Part shown: positions 1-9,229 of the stretch, in pieces
Position numbering within the stretch: the first letter of the stretch is position 1
Layout of the letters: each line of letters opens with the position of its first letter
DNA from: Candidatus Brocadiia bacterium
GTDB lineage: Bacteria > Planctomycetota > Brocadiia > SM23-32
DNA length: 13,950 nt
Reading direction: 5' to 3'
Assembly (NCBI GenBank): GCA_046538485.1
Contig: JBKHIT010000087.1
Span: 1-13,950, forward strand
Program-made: the position numbers and the translations under genes
The notes under the pieces: generated by a model
The model's database searches: none
Seen by the model: the letters and a program-made list of their open reading frames with translations, nothing else
What the model was told of the DNA's origin: nothing

Positions 1-298
1 GCAACTGCAGGCTGTTCTTATAAATGGCGTGCTGACGGCTCGGTCCCGCGACTGCGGGACCAAACCGGTGTCCTGTTATACGTCGATAACACCCTATGCC
101 AGGAACGATCACTTATTGGTTTCTCTACACTATCGTTCAAAAGCGTTTTAAAACAATTACGTCTTGAGGTTTGTGAAATTTCCGGGTTTGGGTTGCAGGC
201 AGGGCAGCCGGGGATATCTTCATCATCCACGGGCCACATTGCGCAGTTGAATGAGGTACATTCTCCCGTTTGATACGTTTTAGAAAGACCAAAAGCGG

Positions 299-1114
299 TC
301 ACTTTCCTTTGTCACCCAGTTCCCGGCTGCGTTCGGTGGCGGAGCAGACGGCTCGAATGAGGGCGGACCGCAAACCGGCATCCTCCAGCGCCTCCACTGC
401 ACTGATCGTCGTCCCCGCCGGCGTGGTCACCTGGTCTTTGAGCGCTCCCGGATGCAGCCCGGTTTCCTGCACCATTGCGGCGGCCCCGCGGAGGGTCTGG
501 ACGGCCAGTTTCGTGGCCGTCTCGCGGGGAAGCCCCATCCGCACTCCGCCATCACTCAGGGCCTCAATCATCATATAGACGTAAGCCGGACCGCTCCCGC
601 TCAATCCGGTCACTGCATCCATCAGTTCCTCATCCACCTCCACGCACTCACCGACCGCCGACAACATACTGCGAATCAGCTCCGCGTCGGGATCAGAGGC
701 CCGGGGCCCCCTCGCGAAAGCGGAAGCGCCCTGTCCCACCAGTGCCGGAGTGTTCGGCATTACCCGTACCAGCCTTGCGGTGCCGAGTTTCTCATTAAGC
801 CAGGTCAGGGTAATGCCCGGCGCTATGGAGACTATCAGCTTATCCGAACCCACCATCGGGGCTATTTCCTCGGTGACGACAGCAAGTTTCCCGGGTTTGA
901 CCGAAAGAACAACCACCTCGGCCTCCTCCACCAGCCTGGCATTGTCGCTGCAAATATTGTCACCGATTATCTCGGAGAATATTTCCCGTCTTTTCGCGGC
1001 GGGATCACTGGCAAACACGTTCCGTGCAGGAGCCACCTCCGCCTCTATTATGCCCTTCGCCAGTGCTTCCGCCATCTTGCCGGCACCTATAAACCCGATC
1101 TTTCGTCCGCTCAT
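299..1114 (-). CDS. proC: Pyrroline-5-carboxylate reductase
   Basis: Rossmann motif IGFIGAGKMA, RVMPNTP, GLSGSGPAY and LKDQVTTPAGTT signature. ATG at 1114 is preceded by AGGAG (1125-1121 on -), so it is preferred over the ORF-track start at 1147. Confidence 0.96.
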   Translation of the reverse strand: MSGRKIGFIGAGKMAEALAKGIIEAEVAPARNVFASDPAAKRREIFSEIIGDNICSDNARLVEEAEVVVLSVKPGKLAVVTEEIAPMVGSDKLIVSIAPGITLTWLNEKLGTARLVRVMPNTPALVGQGASAFARGPRASDPDAELIRSMLSAVGECVEVDEELMDAVTGLSGSGPAYVYMMIEALSDGGVRMGLPRETATKLAVQTLRGAAAMVQETGLHPGALKDQVTTPAGTTISAVEALEDAGLRSALIRAVCSATERSRELGDKGK

Positions 1115-1423
1115 AATAGCCTCCTGTGTTAATTGTTTCCGTGCCACCTCGCCGGGCTCATTATCGATGAAACTGCATCCGTTCGCAATATCGCCCGGTC
1201 TAATCCGCGTTCAGAAGAGTCCCCAGCGGTAGAGACGCCCAGTGTTTTTACCACAACTCCCGCAACAAACCGCATAACAGCGGTGATCGTGCCACTCTAT
1301 CGGCCTCTCAACTACCCCCATCTGCTGCAGGATCCTTGGTTCGGCGCGACATATTGGGCGAAAAGCACCGCCTTTACTTATGGCGCGATGTCCGCCTAAC
1401 GCTTATAAGCCGGACGAAGCCAG

Positions 1424-1439
1424 AACTGATATATTAGTT
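1424..1439. promoter_or_regulatory. Candidate GntR/FCD-family operator (near-perfect palindrome AACTGATATATTAGTT)
   Basis: 16-bp dyad with one mismatched pair, abutting the predicted -35 box upstream of a GntR-family gene. Confidence 0.5.
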
Positions 1440-1467
1440 TGACTTTTGATATGCAACCCGTTATTGT
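1439..1467 (+). promoter_or_regulatory. Sigma70-type promoter for the gntR-led cluster
   Basis: TTGACT (1439-1444), 17-bp spacer, TATTGT (1462-1467), about 45 nt upstream of ATG 1513. Confidence 0.6.
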
Positions 1468-1512
1468 TTCCCCGTGAGTCGAAACACCTGCAAAATAATA
1501 AGACAAAATACC

Positions 1513-2187
1513 ATGTCTCTTGCTACCGAAAGCTATCACAAACTGAAACAGCATCTTTTTTCATCCGAAGTCCGGCCCGATACAAGGTTTTCAATAAATG
1601 AGCTTTCCCGCCGGCTGGGTATTGGCCGTTCCCCTGTTCGGGATGCTGTCAAGCGGCTTGCCGCTGAGGGGCTATTGCAGTCTGTTGCACGTTCGGGAGT
1701 GATGCTAAAGCAGCTTTCCGGAAAAGATCTGCAGGAAATAGTGGAGTTGAGAGAGGCGCTTGAACCTTATGCTGTACGAAATGCCTGCCTTAAAATTGAT
1801 TACGAACAGAAAAGGCATCTCCGTTTGATGATCGGTCGGATGCGCAAAAACGCACGTAAAATCGCAGATTCCCGTTTTGAGGATGCAGAGGCCTGTAAAC
1901 ATATGGCGGCGGCCGACCGCAATTTTCATGAGACCATTCTTGATGCAGCAGATAACACCCGGCTGAAACAAATTGTTGAAAATTATCAGCTGCTCACGAG
2001 TAAAATTCGGTATCCCTCCACTCACACCCTCCGCCATCTGGCGCTTACAGTTCTGGAGCACTGGCGTATTTATCAAGCTGTGGTAAAAGGTTCGCCGGAT
2101 GATGCCGAATTCTGGATGATGCGTCATTCACGGCGCGGCGGCAGGGAAATGATCAAAAGCTTAGACGATGTTTATGGAGAAGAATAA
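1513..2187 (+). CDS. GntR-family transcriptional regulator (wHTH + FCD domain)
   Basis: N-terminal INELSRRLGIGRSPVRDAVKRLAAEGLL wHTH. FCD motifs ELREALE, DRNFHETILDAADN, EHWRIYQAV and MMRH. ATG 1513 chosen over GTG 1474. Confidence 0.92.
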   Translation: MSLATESYHKLKQHLFSSEVRPDTRFSINELSRRLGIGRSPVRDAVKRLAAEGLLQSVARSGVMLKQLSGKDLQEIVELREALEPYAVRNACLKIDYEQKRHLRLMIGRMRKNARKIADSRFEDAEACKHMAAADRNFHETILDAADNTRLKQIVENYQLLTSKIRYPSTHTLRHLALTVLEHWRIYQAVVKGSPDDAEFWMMRHSRRGGREMIKSLDDVYGEE

Positions 2188-2868
2188 ATGAGCCACAATA
2201 TAGTCAGAGCACTAACGGATATTGATACGCCGACATTGGCCAATGCCATTGAAAAACTTGAAGTGCGCAACAGACTTTCAGGGTTCTGCAACCGCTCTAT
2301 GCGTCAGCTCACACCTGAAATGGGCGTTTTTTGCGGATATGCCGTTACTGTAAGGGCCACCACTGCTACCGCAGAACCTTCCGACAGAGAAGAATGTGTT
2401 GGAAAATACCTTGATCTCTGCACGGCGATCCGTTCCGCTCCAAAACCCGCTGTTGTGGTTTTTCAGGAATTCGGCCCGCATCCGGAGTTTTCAGCCCACA
2501 TAGGCGAAGTCCTTGCCACTATGTTCCAGCGTTTCGGTGCCATAGGGGTTGTGAGCGACAGTGCGGTTAGGGATATGCCGGAGCTGCGAAAACTGAATTT
2601 CCAGGCCTTCGCACCCGGAACCGTAGCAAGTCATGCAAACTTTGTTATTCACTCCGTACAGCAGCCCGTGCAAATCTGCGGAATGAGTGTCGACCCGGCC
2701 GATCTTCTGCACGGTGATGAAAACGGACTGATAAACGTTCCGGAGACGGGACGTGATCAGTTACCGGAACTCGCCGGGCAGGTGCTGGAGAGCGAAAGGG
2801 AAGCTCTTGAGTACATTAAGAGTGAGGAGGTCACTCTTGACGGGATCAGGGATAAATTAACCCATTAA
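2188..2868 (+). CDS. RraA-family protein, probable class II pyruvate (HMG/CHA-type) aldolase
   Basis: DTPTLANAIE start, GYAVT, GEVLATMFQRFGAIGVVSDSAVRD (E-x20-RD, a variant of the D-x20-RD aldolase motif), V-x-PADLLHGDENG. Abuts the gntR stop (TAAATG). Confidence 0.85.
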   Translation: MSHNIVRALTDIDTPTLANAIEKLEVRNRLSGFCNRSMRQLTPEMGVFCGYAVTVRATTATAEPSDREECVGKYLDLCTAIRSAPKPAVVVFQEFGPHPEFSAHIGEVLATMFQRFGAIGVVSDSAVRDMPELRKLNFQAFAPGTVASHANFVIHSVQQPVQICGMSVDPADLLHGDENGLINVPETGRDQLPELAGQVLESEREALEYIKSEEVTLDGIRDKLTH

Positions 2869-2923
2869 GTTGAACTGATGGACTTGATCTACTGACAACC
2901 TTAAACGAAAGCGGGAACGCAAA

Positions 2924-3882
2924 ATGAAAATAGTTGTTTTAGACGGCCATACACTGAATCCGGGCGACCTCTCCTGGGAAGGGCTCGAATCGCTGGGCAA
3001 CTCACCATATATGACCGCACATCGCCGGAGCAAACAGTTGAGCGTGCTCAGGGTGCGGAGGTGGTGCTTACGAACAAAACCGAACTGGACCGTGCTGTGA
3101 TAAACGCTCTCCCGGACCTGAAATATATTGGAGTGCTGGCCACCGGCTATAATGTCGTGGATATAGATGCGGCCGCCGAACGCGGTATACCTGTCACAAA
3201 CGTGCCGACATACGGCACGGCATCGGTTGCGCAAATGACTTTTGCCCTGCTGCTTGAACTGACCCAGCACGTGGCTTATCACTCCCGGACGGTTCATGAG
3301 GGACGTTGGAACCGAAGTGAAGATTTCTGTTACTGGGACTTCCCGCTCGTCGAACTCAGCGGGCTTACTATGGGACTGATCGGATTCGGCCGCATAGGCC
3401 GTGCTGTTGCTAAGGCGGCCCGAGGCTTCGGGATGAACCCAATAGCTTACGATCCGATGGCCGCAGGGTCGAAAACGGATATTGACATGACAGAATTCAA
3501 TGACCTGCTGAAAAGAAGTGACGTCGTCAGTCTGCATTGTCCCCTCACCGATGAAAACAAAGGACTAATAAATGCCGAGAAGTTGGACTTGATGAAATCC
3601 ACTGCATATCTGATAAACACAGCCCGAGGCCCGCTTGTAAATGAGCAGGCATTGGCTGAGGCACTAAACAATGGACATATTGCCGGGGCGGGGATTGATG
3701 TGCTGTCCGAAGAACCGCCCCGGACAGAGAGTCCGCTTTTCGGGGCAAAGAACTGCTTTATCACCCCGCATATATCCTGGGCGACTTCCGCGGCACGCCG
3801 GCGCCTGATGGAAACCGCCGTAGAGAACGTGCGGTCTTTCATTTCGGGTAACGTAAAAAACTGCGTGAATAATATGAATTAA
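2924..3882 (+). pseudogene. D-2-hydroxyacid dehydrogenase (glycerate dehydrogenase/hydroxypyruvate reductase type), frameshifted near 2995-3000
   Basis: ATG 2924 reads MKIVVLDGHTLNPGDLSWEGLESLG. The protein continues in another frame from 3001 (LTIYDRTSPEQTVERAQGAEVVLTNKT ... GLIGFGRIG, SLHCPLT, INTARG, DVLSEEP, TPHISW). One base is missing: either a real lesion or a sequencing error. Confidence 0.88.
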
Positions 3883-3888
3883 TATGAG

Positions 3889-5427
3889 ATGAACATGAAA
3901 AATCTGATTGTTTTTATAGCAGAAGGTATGCCGGCGGATGCTATTTCCGCCCTGGGACGCCCAGGGGTTAAAACCCCAAATCTGGATCGGCTGGCCGGAC
4001 AGAGCGTGGCCTTTCCCAACGCCTACTGCACCCAGCCGGTCTGCACGCCGGCCCGGGCCAGCATCTTTACCGGGCGATATCCGCACGAAACCTGCCGGGA
4101 TAATGAACACAACCTGGCACCGGATATCCCGTGCTTTCCGGAATTGTCGGATTTTTCGGATTACCGCACCGCCATGATAGGTAAGTGGGACCTCGGCGAT
4201 GAAGTTTTCGCCCAGCATGGATTTGAAACGTGGCGCAGCATAGACGCTTCACGCCATGCACATTATTCGCCGGGCCGGGACCGATCCAGGGAGACCAGCT
4301 ATGCCGGGTTTTTGCGCAGCCATGGTTACGAACCGGACGTGCCGCTGTCGAACCGCGGAAATAACCCGCACTCATGGTTCAACCACCCCGTGCAAATACC
4401 CGAGAAGTTCAGCCCGGATGCGTTTGCCGCACAGGAAGCGATTGAGTTTATCCGGGATGCGGCAAACTCCCCTTTTATGCTGTGGATGCCCTTCCTGCGA
4501 TGCAAACCGGGGCCGTTCGATAACAGTGACAAAATCCACGATCCTGCTGATATGCAGTTGCCGGATAATACTTTCCACGATATGGCACACGATTGCGACC
4601 GTCACCCTAAATCCCGCCTGTTAGCATTTCATTATCGAAATAGAAGCCCGGATCAATGGAAACGGACAATCGCCGACTATTTCAACAAAATCACTTTGAT
4701 AGATCGTTATGTGGGGAATGTTCTTGATGAGCTCAACAGACAGGGAAAGGCCGAGGAAACGGCAATAGTGTTCACGGGCGATCATGGTTTTATGCTCGGC
4801 GAACACGGCATGTCCAAGAAATCTGTCATGACCGAGGAGTCTGTCAAAGTGCCTCTTATGTTTTGCATTCCCGGGGTAACGGACGCGGGCCGGGTCATCG
4901 AGTCTCCATTCGGTCACATAGACCTTGTGCCCACTCTGCTTGAAGCTATGGGGCGGGAGGTTCCGGACTCTCTTCCGGGACAAAGCTGGTTTGATGGCTT
5001 AAAATATCCGGAAAAGGAACTCCCCAATAAAGATGTATTTATAGAATGGAACGGCCCCGGGCCCAAGGGGGTGTTCAAACGATTGTGGAATCACATAACT
5101 GAAGATATCGGTCCTTACTGGAAAGGGCCCGATCTGGTAGATATGGCGAGGGTCTGGACCGACCCGGTGAGAACAATTATTACTGCGGATGGGTGGAAAT
5201 ACAGCCATAGCCCGCTGGGGTTTCACGAGCTGTTCAATCTTAAAAAAGACCCGCATGAACTCCACAACCTCGCAGTGGAAAAAGAAATGTCAGCAACGGT
5301 CAGTGAGCTGAAGGACAAACTTTTTCGATGGAGGGAAGCTGCGGCGGATCACCAGCCGGTGAAAAACTGGCCAGAGGAAAAAGATTTTGTCGGAACCGAT
5401 GCAGACGCAGATCTGCCACTAACGTAA
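3889..5427 (+). CDS. Sulfatase-family (alkaline phosphatase superfamily) hydrolase with atypical active site
   Basis: TPNLDRLA, CTPARASIFTGRYPH (CxPxR), FTGDHG, HIDLVPTLL, ELFNLKKDPHELHNL. AEGM replaces DD/DQ, GKWDL replaces GKWHL, and there is no PHxP motif. Start could be 3895. No signal peptide. Confidence 0.9.
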   Translation: MNMKNLIVFIAEGMPADAISALGRPGVKTPNLDRLAGQSVAFPNAYCTQPVCTPARASIFTGRYPHETCRDNEHNLAPDIPCFPELSDFSDYRTAMIGKWDLGDEVFAQHGFETWRSIDASRHAHYSPGRDRSRETSYAGFLRSHGYEPDVPLSNRGNNPHSWFNHPVQIPEKFSPDAFAAQEAIEFIRDAANSPFMLWMPFLRCKPGPFDNSDKIHDPADMQLPDNTFHDMAHDCDRHPKSRLLAFHYRNRSPDQWKRTIADYFNKITLIDRYVGNVLDELNRQGKAEETAIVFTGDHGFMLGEHGMSKKSVMTEESVKVPLMFCIPGVTDAGRVIESPFGHIDLVPTLLEAMGREVPDSLPGQSWFDGLKYPEKELPNKDVFIEWNGPGPKGVFKRLWNHITEDIGPYWKGPDLVDMARVWTDPVRTIITADGWKYSHSPLGFHELFNLKKDPHELHNLAVEKEMSATVSELKDKLFRWREAAADHQPVKNWPEEKDFVGTDADADLPLT

Positions 5428-5453
5428 AACTTTACTTTGAAGGAGGCTTATGT

Positions 5454-6323
5454 ATGAGCTGTAAATTGGGATTTATCGGACTTGGCGTAATGGGGAAAAG
5501 TATGGCCGGACATCTGCTCGATGCCGGACACCAGCTTCATGTTTATAACCGAACCAGAGAAAAGGCAAACGAGCTCCTTGAGAATGGGGCCGTCTGGGAA
5601 GAGAGCCCGGCGGAAATCGCCCAAAAATGCGAGACAGTCTTCACAATCGTAGGGTTTCCACAGGACGTTGAAGAGGTTTATTTCGGCCCTGAGGGACTCC
5701 TGGAAAACATGCAGGAGGGGGCTGTGCTGGTGGATATGACCACTTCAAGTCCCGAACTTGCCCAGCGCATAGCTGAAGAAGCGAAAAAACGGGGCGGGAG
5801 CGCTCTGGATGCACCCGTTTCCGGCGGTGATACCGGGGCAAAAGAGGCCAAACTTTCAATAATGGTCGGTGGCGATCGGGAAGCATTTGATCGCGTGCAG
5901 CCGCTCTTTGAGCTGATGGGCACCAATATCGTGCTCCAGGGCCCTGCAGGGAGCGGGCAGCACTGCAAAATGTGCAACCAGATAGCTATCGCTTCAAACA
6001 TGCTCGGCGTATGTGAGGCCATTGCTTATGCTAAAAAAGCTGGACTGGACCCCAGAACTGTGCTCGAAAGCATAGAATCGGGCGCAGCCGGAAGCTGGTC
6101 GCTCAGCAATATGGCGCCCAGAATGCTTGATGAAAATTTTGATCCCGGTTTCTATGTCAAACACTTTATCAAAGATATGTCGATAGCCTCGGATTCGGCG
6201 GATAATATTTCACTGGATACGCCCGGTCTCGACCTTGCGCTCGAGATGTACAAAAAACTGGTCGACAAAGGCCACGAGGACGACGGAACGCAGGGTCTGT
6301 ACCGGCTGTATGAGCAGAAATAA
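5454..6323 (+). CDS. NAD(P)-dependent beta-hydroxyacid dehydrogenase (2-hydroxy-3-oxopropionate reductase / 3-hydroxyisobutyrate dehydrogenase family)
   Basis: GFIGLGVMG, DAPVSGG, catalytic Lys in KMCNQ, FYVKHFIKD. Strong RBS AGGAGG at 5441-5446 before ATG 5454. Confidence 0.93.
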   Translation: MSCKLGFIGLGVMGKSMAGHLLDAGHQLHVYNRTREKANELLENGAVWEESPAEIAQKCETVFTIVGFPQDVEEVYFGPEGLLENMQEGAVLVDMTTSSPELAQRIAEEAKKRGGSALDAPVSGGDTGAKEAKLSIMVGGDREAFDRVQPLFELMGTNIVLQGPAGSGQHCKMCNQIAIASNMLGVCEAIAYAKKAGLDPRTVLESIESGAAGSWSLSNMAPRMLDENFDPGFYVKHFIKDMSIASDSADNISLDTPGLDLALEMYKKLVDKGHEDDGTQGLYRLYEQK

Positions 6324-6454
6324 ATATCCACATGAATGATCCGGTAAAGGTTGCATAATGGCTGAAATACACGGTGGCAGGCCCCGTGGTGGTCATGACT
6401 TGTTGCAAACAAAAACAAAGAAGCTGCACAACTTTTAGGTCGATCATAAAACAA

Positions 6455-7660
6455 ATGGAAAATTTAAACCCGAAAGAAGATGTGAGGTTTGAAAGTACGG
6501 AGCCGACACTGGGTCAATATAATATTATTTTTGACCATTATGCGGAAATCCCCATGCAGCACGGCCGCCTGATCTCCGACGCGCCGTCTCTGCTGCGCAC
6601 CCGCGACGGCGCACTGCTCTGTGCCGTGCCGTTCATCGTCAATCACCACGGCGACAAAGGGCTGCCGAAAGACCCCTCCTTCCGTCCACTGCTATTTTTC
6701 CGCAGCACGGACGAGGGGCAGAGCTGGCAGCGACTGGACACGTCCAGCGATTTTTGCTGCGGGACGATGTTCCGACATGGCGACGCGCTCTATTTCATTG
6801 GCGCCGGACCGGTACACCGCGGACCGGAGTCCGGCATCAACATTATCCGCTCCGAGGACGAGGGTTGCACCTGGACCGAACCGGTAAAGCTGTTCAAGGG
6901 GCCTTTTTACAATCCTTCCTCCAGCTATGTTATCCGCAACGGGCAGTTCTACTGGTGCTTCGATACCGGGCGCGACACCACCTATATCGTGGCCGGCGAT
7001 CTGTCCCGCGACCTGACCGATCCGGCGGCCTGGCGCATTTCCGACGGCCTTCCGATTCCCGAGGTGCCGCGTGAGCTTACCCGCCTCGACAACCGACGGG
7101 GCAAGATCCTCGAGGGCAATGTGGTCGAAGTCAATGGACGCCTGCAGGTGAGCTGGCGCTTCATGATCGACTCACGCGACACGGTGGGCATCGGCGTGAT
7201 ATGCGATTTTGAGGACGACGGAAAAAAGATCGATTACCGCTTTCGCCAGTTTCATCCGCTGCCGGGAGCGCAGAACCAATTCCACATCGTCCATGACGAC
7301 GTGACGGACCTCTACTGGATGAGCGCGACTCTCCCCACCCGCTCGCAGGAGCAGGATCCGGAATTCAACGCCCGCCTTAAAGCCAATGAACGCTATGCCG
7401 GCGTCCCCGGCAAGGAACGCCGCATCCTGGCGCTTTTCTGCAGTTTCGATGCCCTGAACTGGCTGCCGACCGGTTACATCATCGTCTGGCCGCTGGTGCG
7501 GCAGGCTTCGAACTATTGCGGCCTGCTGATCGACGGGGACGACCTGCTGGTGGCCGCCCGCACCTCGCGCAACGGCGCCCATCAGCATGATAATGATCTG
7601 ACAACCTTTCACCGCGTCACTGGTTTTCGCGAACGGGCGGAGTTCTTGATGGAGACGTAA
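6455..7660 (+). CDS. Asp-box/BNR-repeat sialidase-like beta-propeller protein (paralog 1)
   Basis: Asp boxes RSTDEGQSW and RSEDEGCTW, plus SFDALNW. C-terminal IDGDDLLVAARTS...HDNDLTTFHRV. Colinear with 9502-10692. ATG 6455 is preferred over GTG 6374, but the start is uncertain. Confidence 0.75.
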   Translation: MENLNPKEDVRFESTEPTLGQYNIIFDHYAEIPMQHGRLISDAPSLLRTRDGALLCAVPFIVNHHGDKGLPKDPSFRPLLFFRSTDEGQSWQRLDTSSDFCCGTMFRHGDALYFIGAGPVHRGPESGINIIRSEDEGCTWTEPVKLFKGPFYNPSSSYVIRNGQFYWCFDTGRDTTYIVAGDLSRDLTDPAAWRISDGLPIPEVPRELTRLDNRRGKILEGNVVEVNGRLQVSWRFMIDSRDTVGIGVICDFEDDGKKIDYRFRQFHPLPGAQNQFHIVHDDVTDLYWMSATLPTRSQEQDPEFNARLKANERYAGVPGKERRILALFCSFDALNWLPTGYIIVWPLVRQASNYCGLLIDGDDLLVAARTSRNGAHQHDNDLTTFHRVTGFRERAEFLMET

Positions 7661-7661
7661 A

Positions 7662-9170
7662 ATGACTGCTGGAAAACCGAACATCCTGCTGATCACCACC
7701 GATCAACACCGATTGTCCGGTGTCGGCGCCTATGGCCCGACCCCCTGTCAAACCCCGAACATCGATGCGCTGGCAAGCAAGGGAGTCCTTTTTGAGAACA
7801 CCTACACGACGTGTCCGGTCTGTACGCCGGCCCGCGCTTCGATCATGACCGGACTTTACCCGCACTCCCACGGTATGACGGGCAATCCCCACCAGCTCGG
7901 CACCTGCGTGAGCGAGCTGCCCGATCATCCGGACATTCTGCCCCGCAGATTGGCTACGGGCGGCTATCAACTGGGATGGACCGGCAAATGGCATCTGGGG
8001 ACGGGATACCAGACCATCCGCCGTCCGGGCTCCTACATCGACATGCCCAACACTCCGTCTTTGCCGGAACGCTTCGGGTTCCAGGGGCATCGTCAGGATC
8101 CTAACGGCAAAGGGCATTCGGCGCCGGGCTTTGCGGAATACTTGCAGGTCAATCGGCTGCCTTCCGGGACGCGCCCGCCCGCTTCCGACAGTCGTCGCCC
8201 CGCCCATAACTACGGAATACTCGAAGGTCCGGAAGAGGCCACCTTTTCATACTATCTGGTCAATGAAACAATCAAGCTCATCGACGACTTCAAAACGGGC
8301 GATGAGCCTTTCTTCATTTCGCATAATTTTCCGGGTCCGCATCACCCCTGGAAAGTGCCACAGGCATTTTACGATCTTTATCGGGATGTCGATATTCCCG
8401 AATGGCCGAACTATCGCTGGGAAGCGGGCAGCACGCCGGGACCGCACGGGATGAATCTGCACCCGCGGGCGCAGGAGCTGGAATGGGCCGACTGGGCCGA
8501 ATCGATCCGCTATTATTATGCCTATATCTCTCTGATCGACCGGCAGATCGGCCGCCTGCTTGAGCATCTCGAAATGAACGGCCTAATGGAAAACACCATG
8601 ATCGTCTTCACCTCCGATCACGGCGAAGCCATTGGCAGTCACGGCGGCCTGTCCAACAAGGGCTGGACGCACTTCGAGGAAATACAGCGTGTGCCGCTGA
8701 TCGTGGTACCGCCGCAGGGCTTCTCTTCCCGGCCTGCAGCCCCGGAACGAGTGCGTTCGGAATTTGCTTCCCTCGCCGATCTGTATCCGACTCTGCTCGA
8801 TTATGCCGGGGCGCTCGGCGACGACATCCCCTATCATGGTCGCTCCCTCAGGCCGTTACTGGAAAGCAGAGCGGTTAAGTGGCGTGAAGCGGTCTTTGTC
8901 GAGTTCTTCTCCGTCTTTCGCGCAATCGCCACCCTCTACACCGTTCGCAAGGGTTCCTGGAAATACGGATGGAACGCTGTCGGCCGCGATGAACTGTACG
9001 ACCTCGACAGTGACCCACATGAAATGAATAATCTTATCGATGCGCCGGCGGCTCAGCCAAAACGCGACGAGTTGCGTCAAACTTTAGCCGAATGGGCTCG
9101 GGAAACCGGCGTCACGCTGAGCGGTCCTGACAGCCCCACGGGTAAATTGATTCCGGGTGTACTGGAATGA
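7662..9170 (+). CDS. Formylglycine-dependent sulfatase (canonical S1-type motifs)
   Basis: PNILLITTDQ, CTPARASIMTGLYPH, GKWHL, GPHHP, FTSDHG, NKG, ELYDLDSDPHEMNNL. Starts 1 nt after the upstream stop, with GGAG at 7651-7654. No signal peptide. Confidence 0.93.
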   Translation: MTAGKPNILLITTDQHRLSGVGAYGPTPCQTPNIDALASKGVLFENTYTTCPVCTPARASIMTGLYPHSHGMTGNPHQLGTCVSELPDHPDILPRRLATGGYQLGWTGKWHLGTGYQTIRRPGSYIDMPNTPSLPERFGFQGHRQDPNGKGHSAPGFAEYLQVNRLPSGTRPPASDSRRPAHNYGILEGPEEATFSYYLVNETIKLIDDFKTGDEPFFISHNFPGPHHPWKVPQAFYDLYRDVDIPEWPNYRWEAGSTPGPHGMNLHPRAQELEWADWAESIRYYYAYISLIDRQIGRLLEHLEMNGLMENTMIVFTSDHGEAIGSHGGLSNKGWTHFEEIQRVPLIVVPPQGFSSRPAAPERVRSEFASLADLYPTLLDYAGALGDDIPYHGRSLRPLLESRAVKWREAVFVEFFSVFRAIATLYTVRKGSWKYGWNAVGRDELYDLDSDPHEMNNLIDAPAAQPKRDELRQTLAEWARETGVTLSGPDSPTGKLIPGVLE

Positions 9171-9229
9171 CAACAAAAAAAAACTCCATGATGAAATGAT
9201 CGATGCACGAACAGAAAGCAACCCGGTGT

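Noticed and set aside
42..61. Perfect GC-rich hairpin as a terminator for proC
   Set aside because: No U-tract follows the stem on either strand.
270..1232. Several + strand ORFs (270-578, 452-1132, 475-798, 750-1232)
   Set aside because: Antisense shadows of proC with no recognisable motifs.
1133..1399. 88-aa ORF and a loose GC-rich fold-back (GGCGCGACAT...ATGTCCGCC, ~1343-1396) in the proC-gntR intergenic region
   Set aside because: No RBS or motifs for the ORF, and the pairing is weak and matches no riboswitch or ncRNA I can recognise.
5328..5453. ORF-track N-terminal extension of the beta-hydroxyacid dehydrogenase
   Set aside because: Overlaps the sulfatase 3' end. The RBS and Rossmann motif position support ATG 5454.
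6332..6400. Possible decayed gene start (MNDPVKVA / IMAEIHG across a frameshift), faintly like a metallophosphoesterase or oxidoreductase N-terminus
   Set aside because: Too short and needs a frameshift; indistinguishable from chance without a search.
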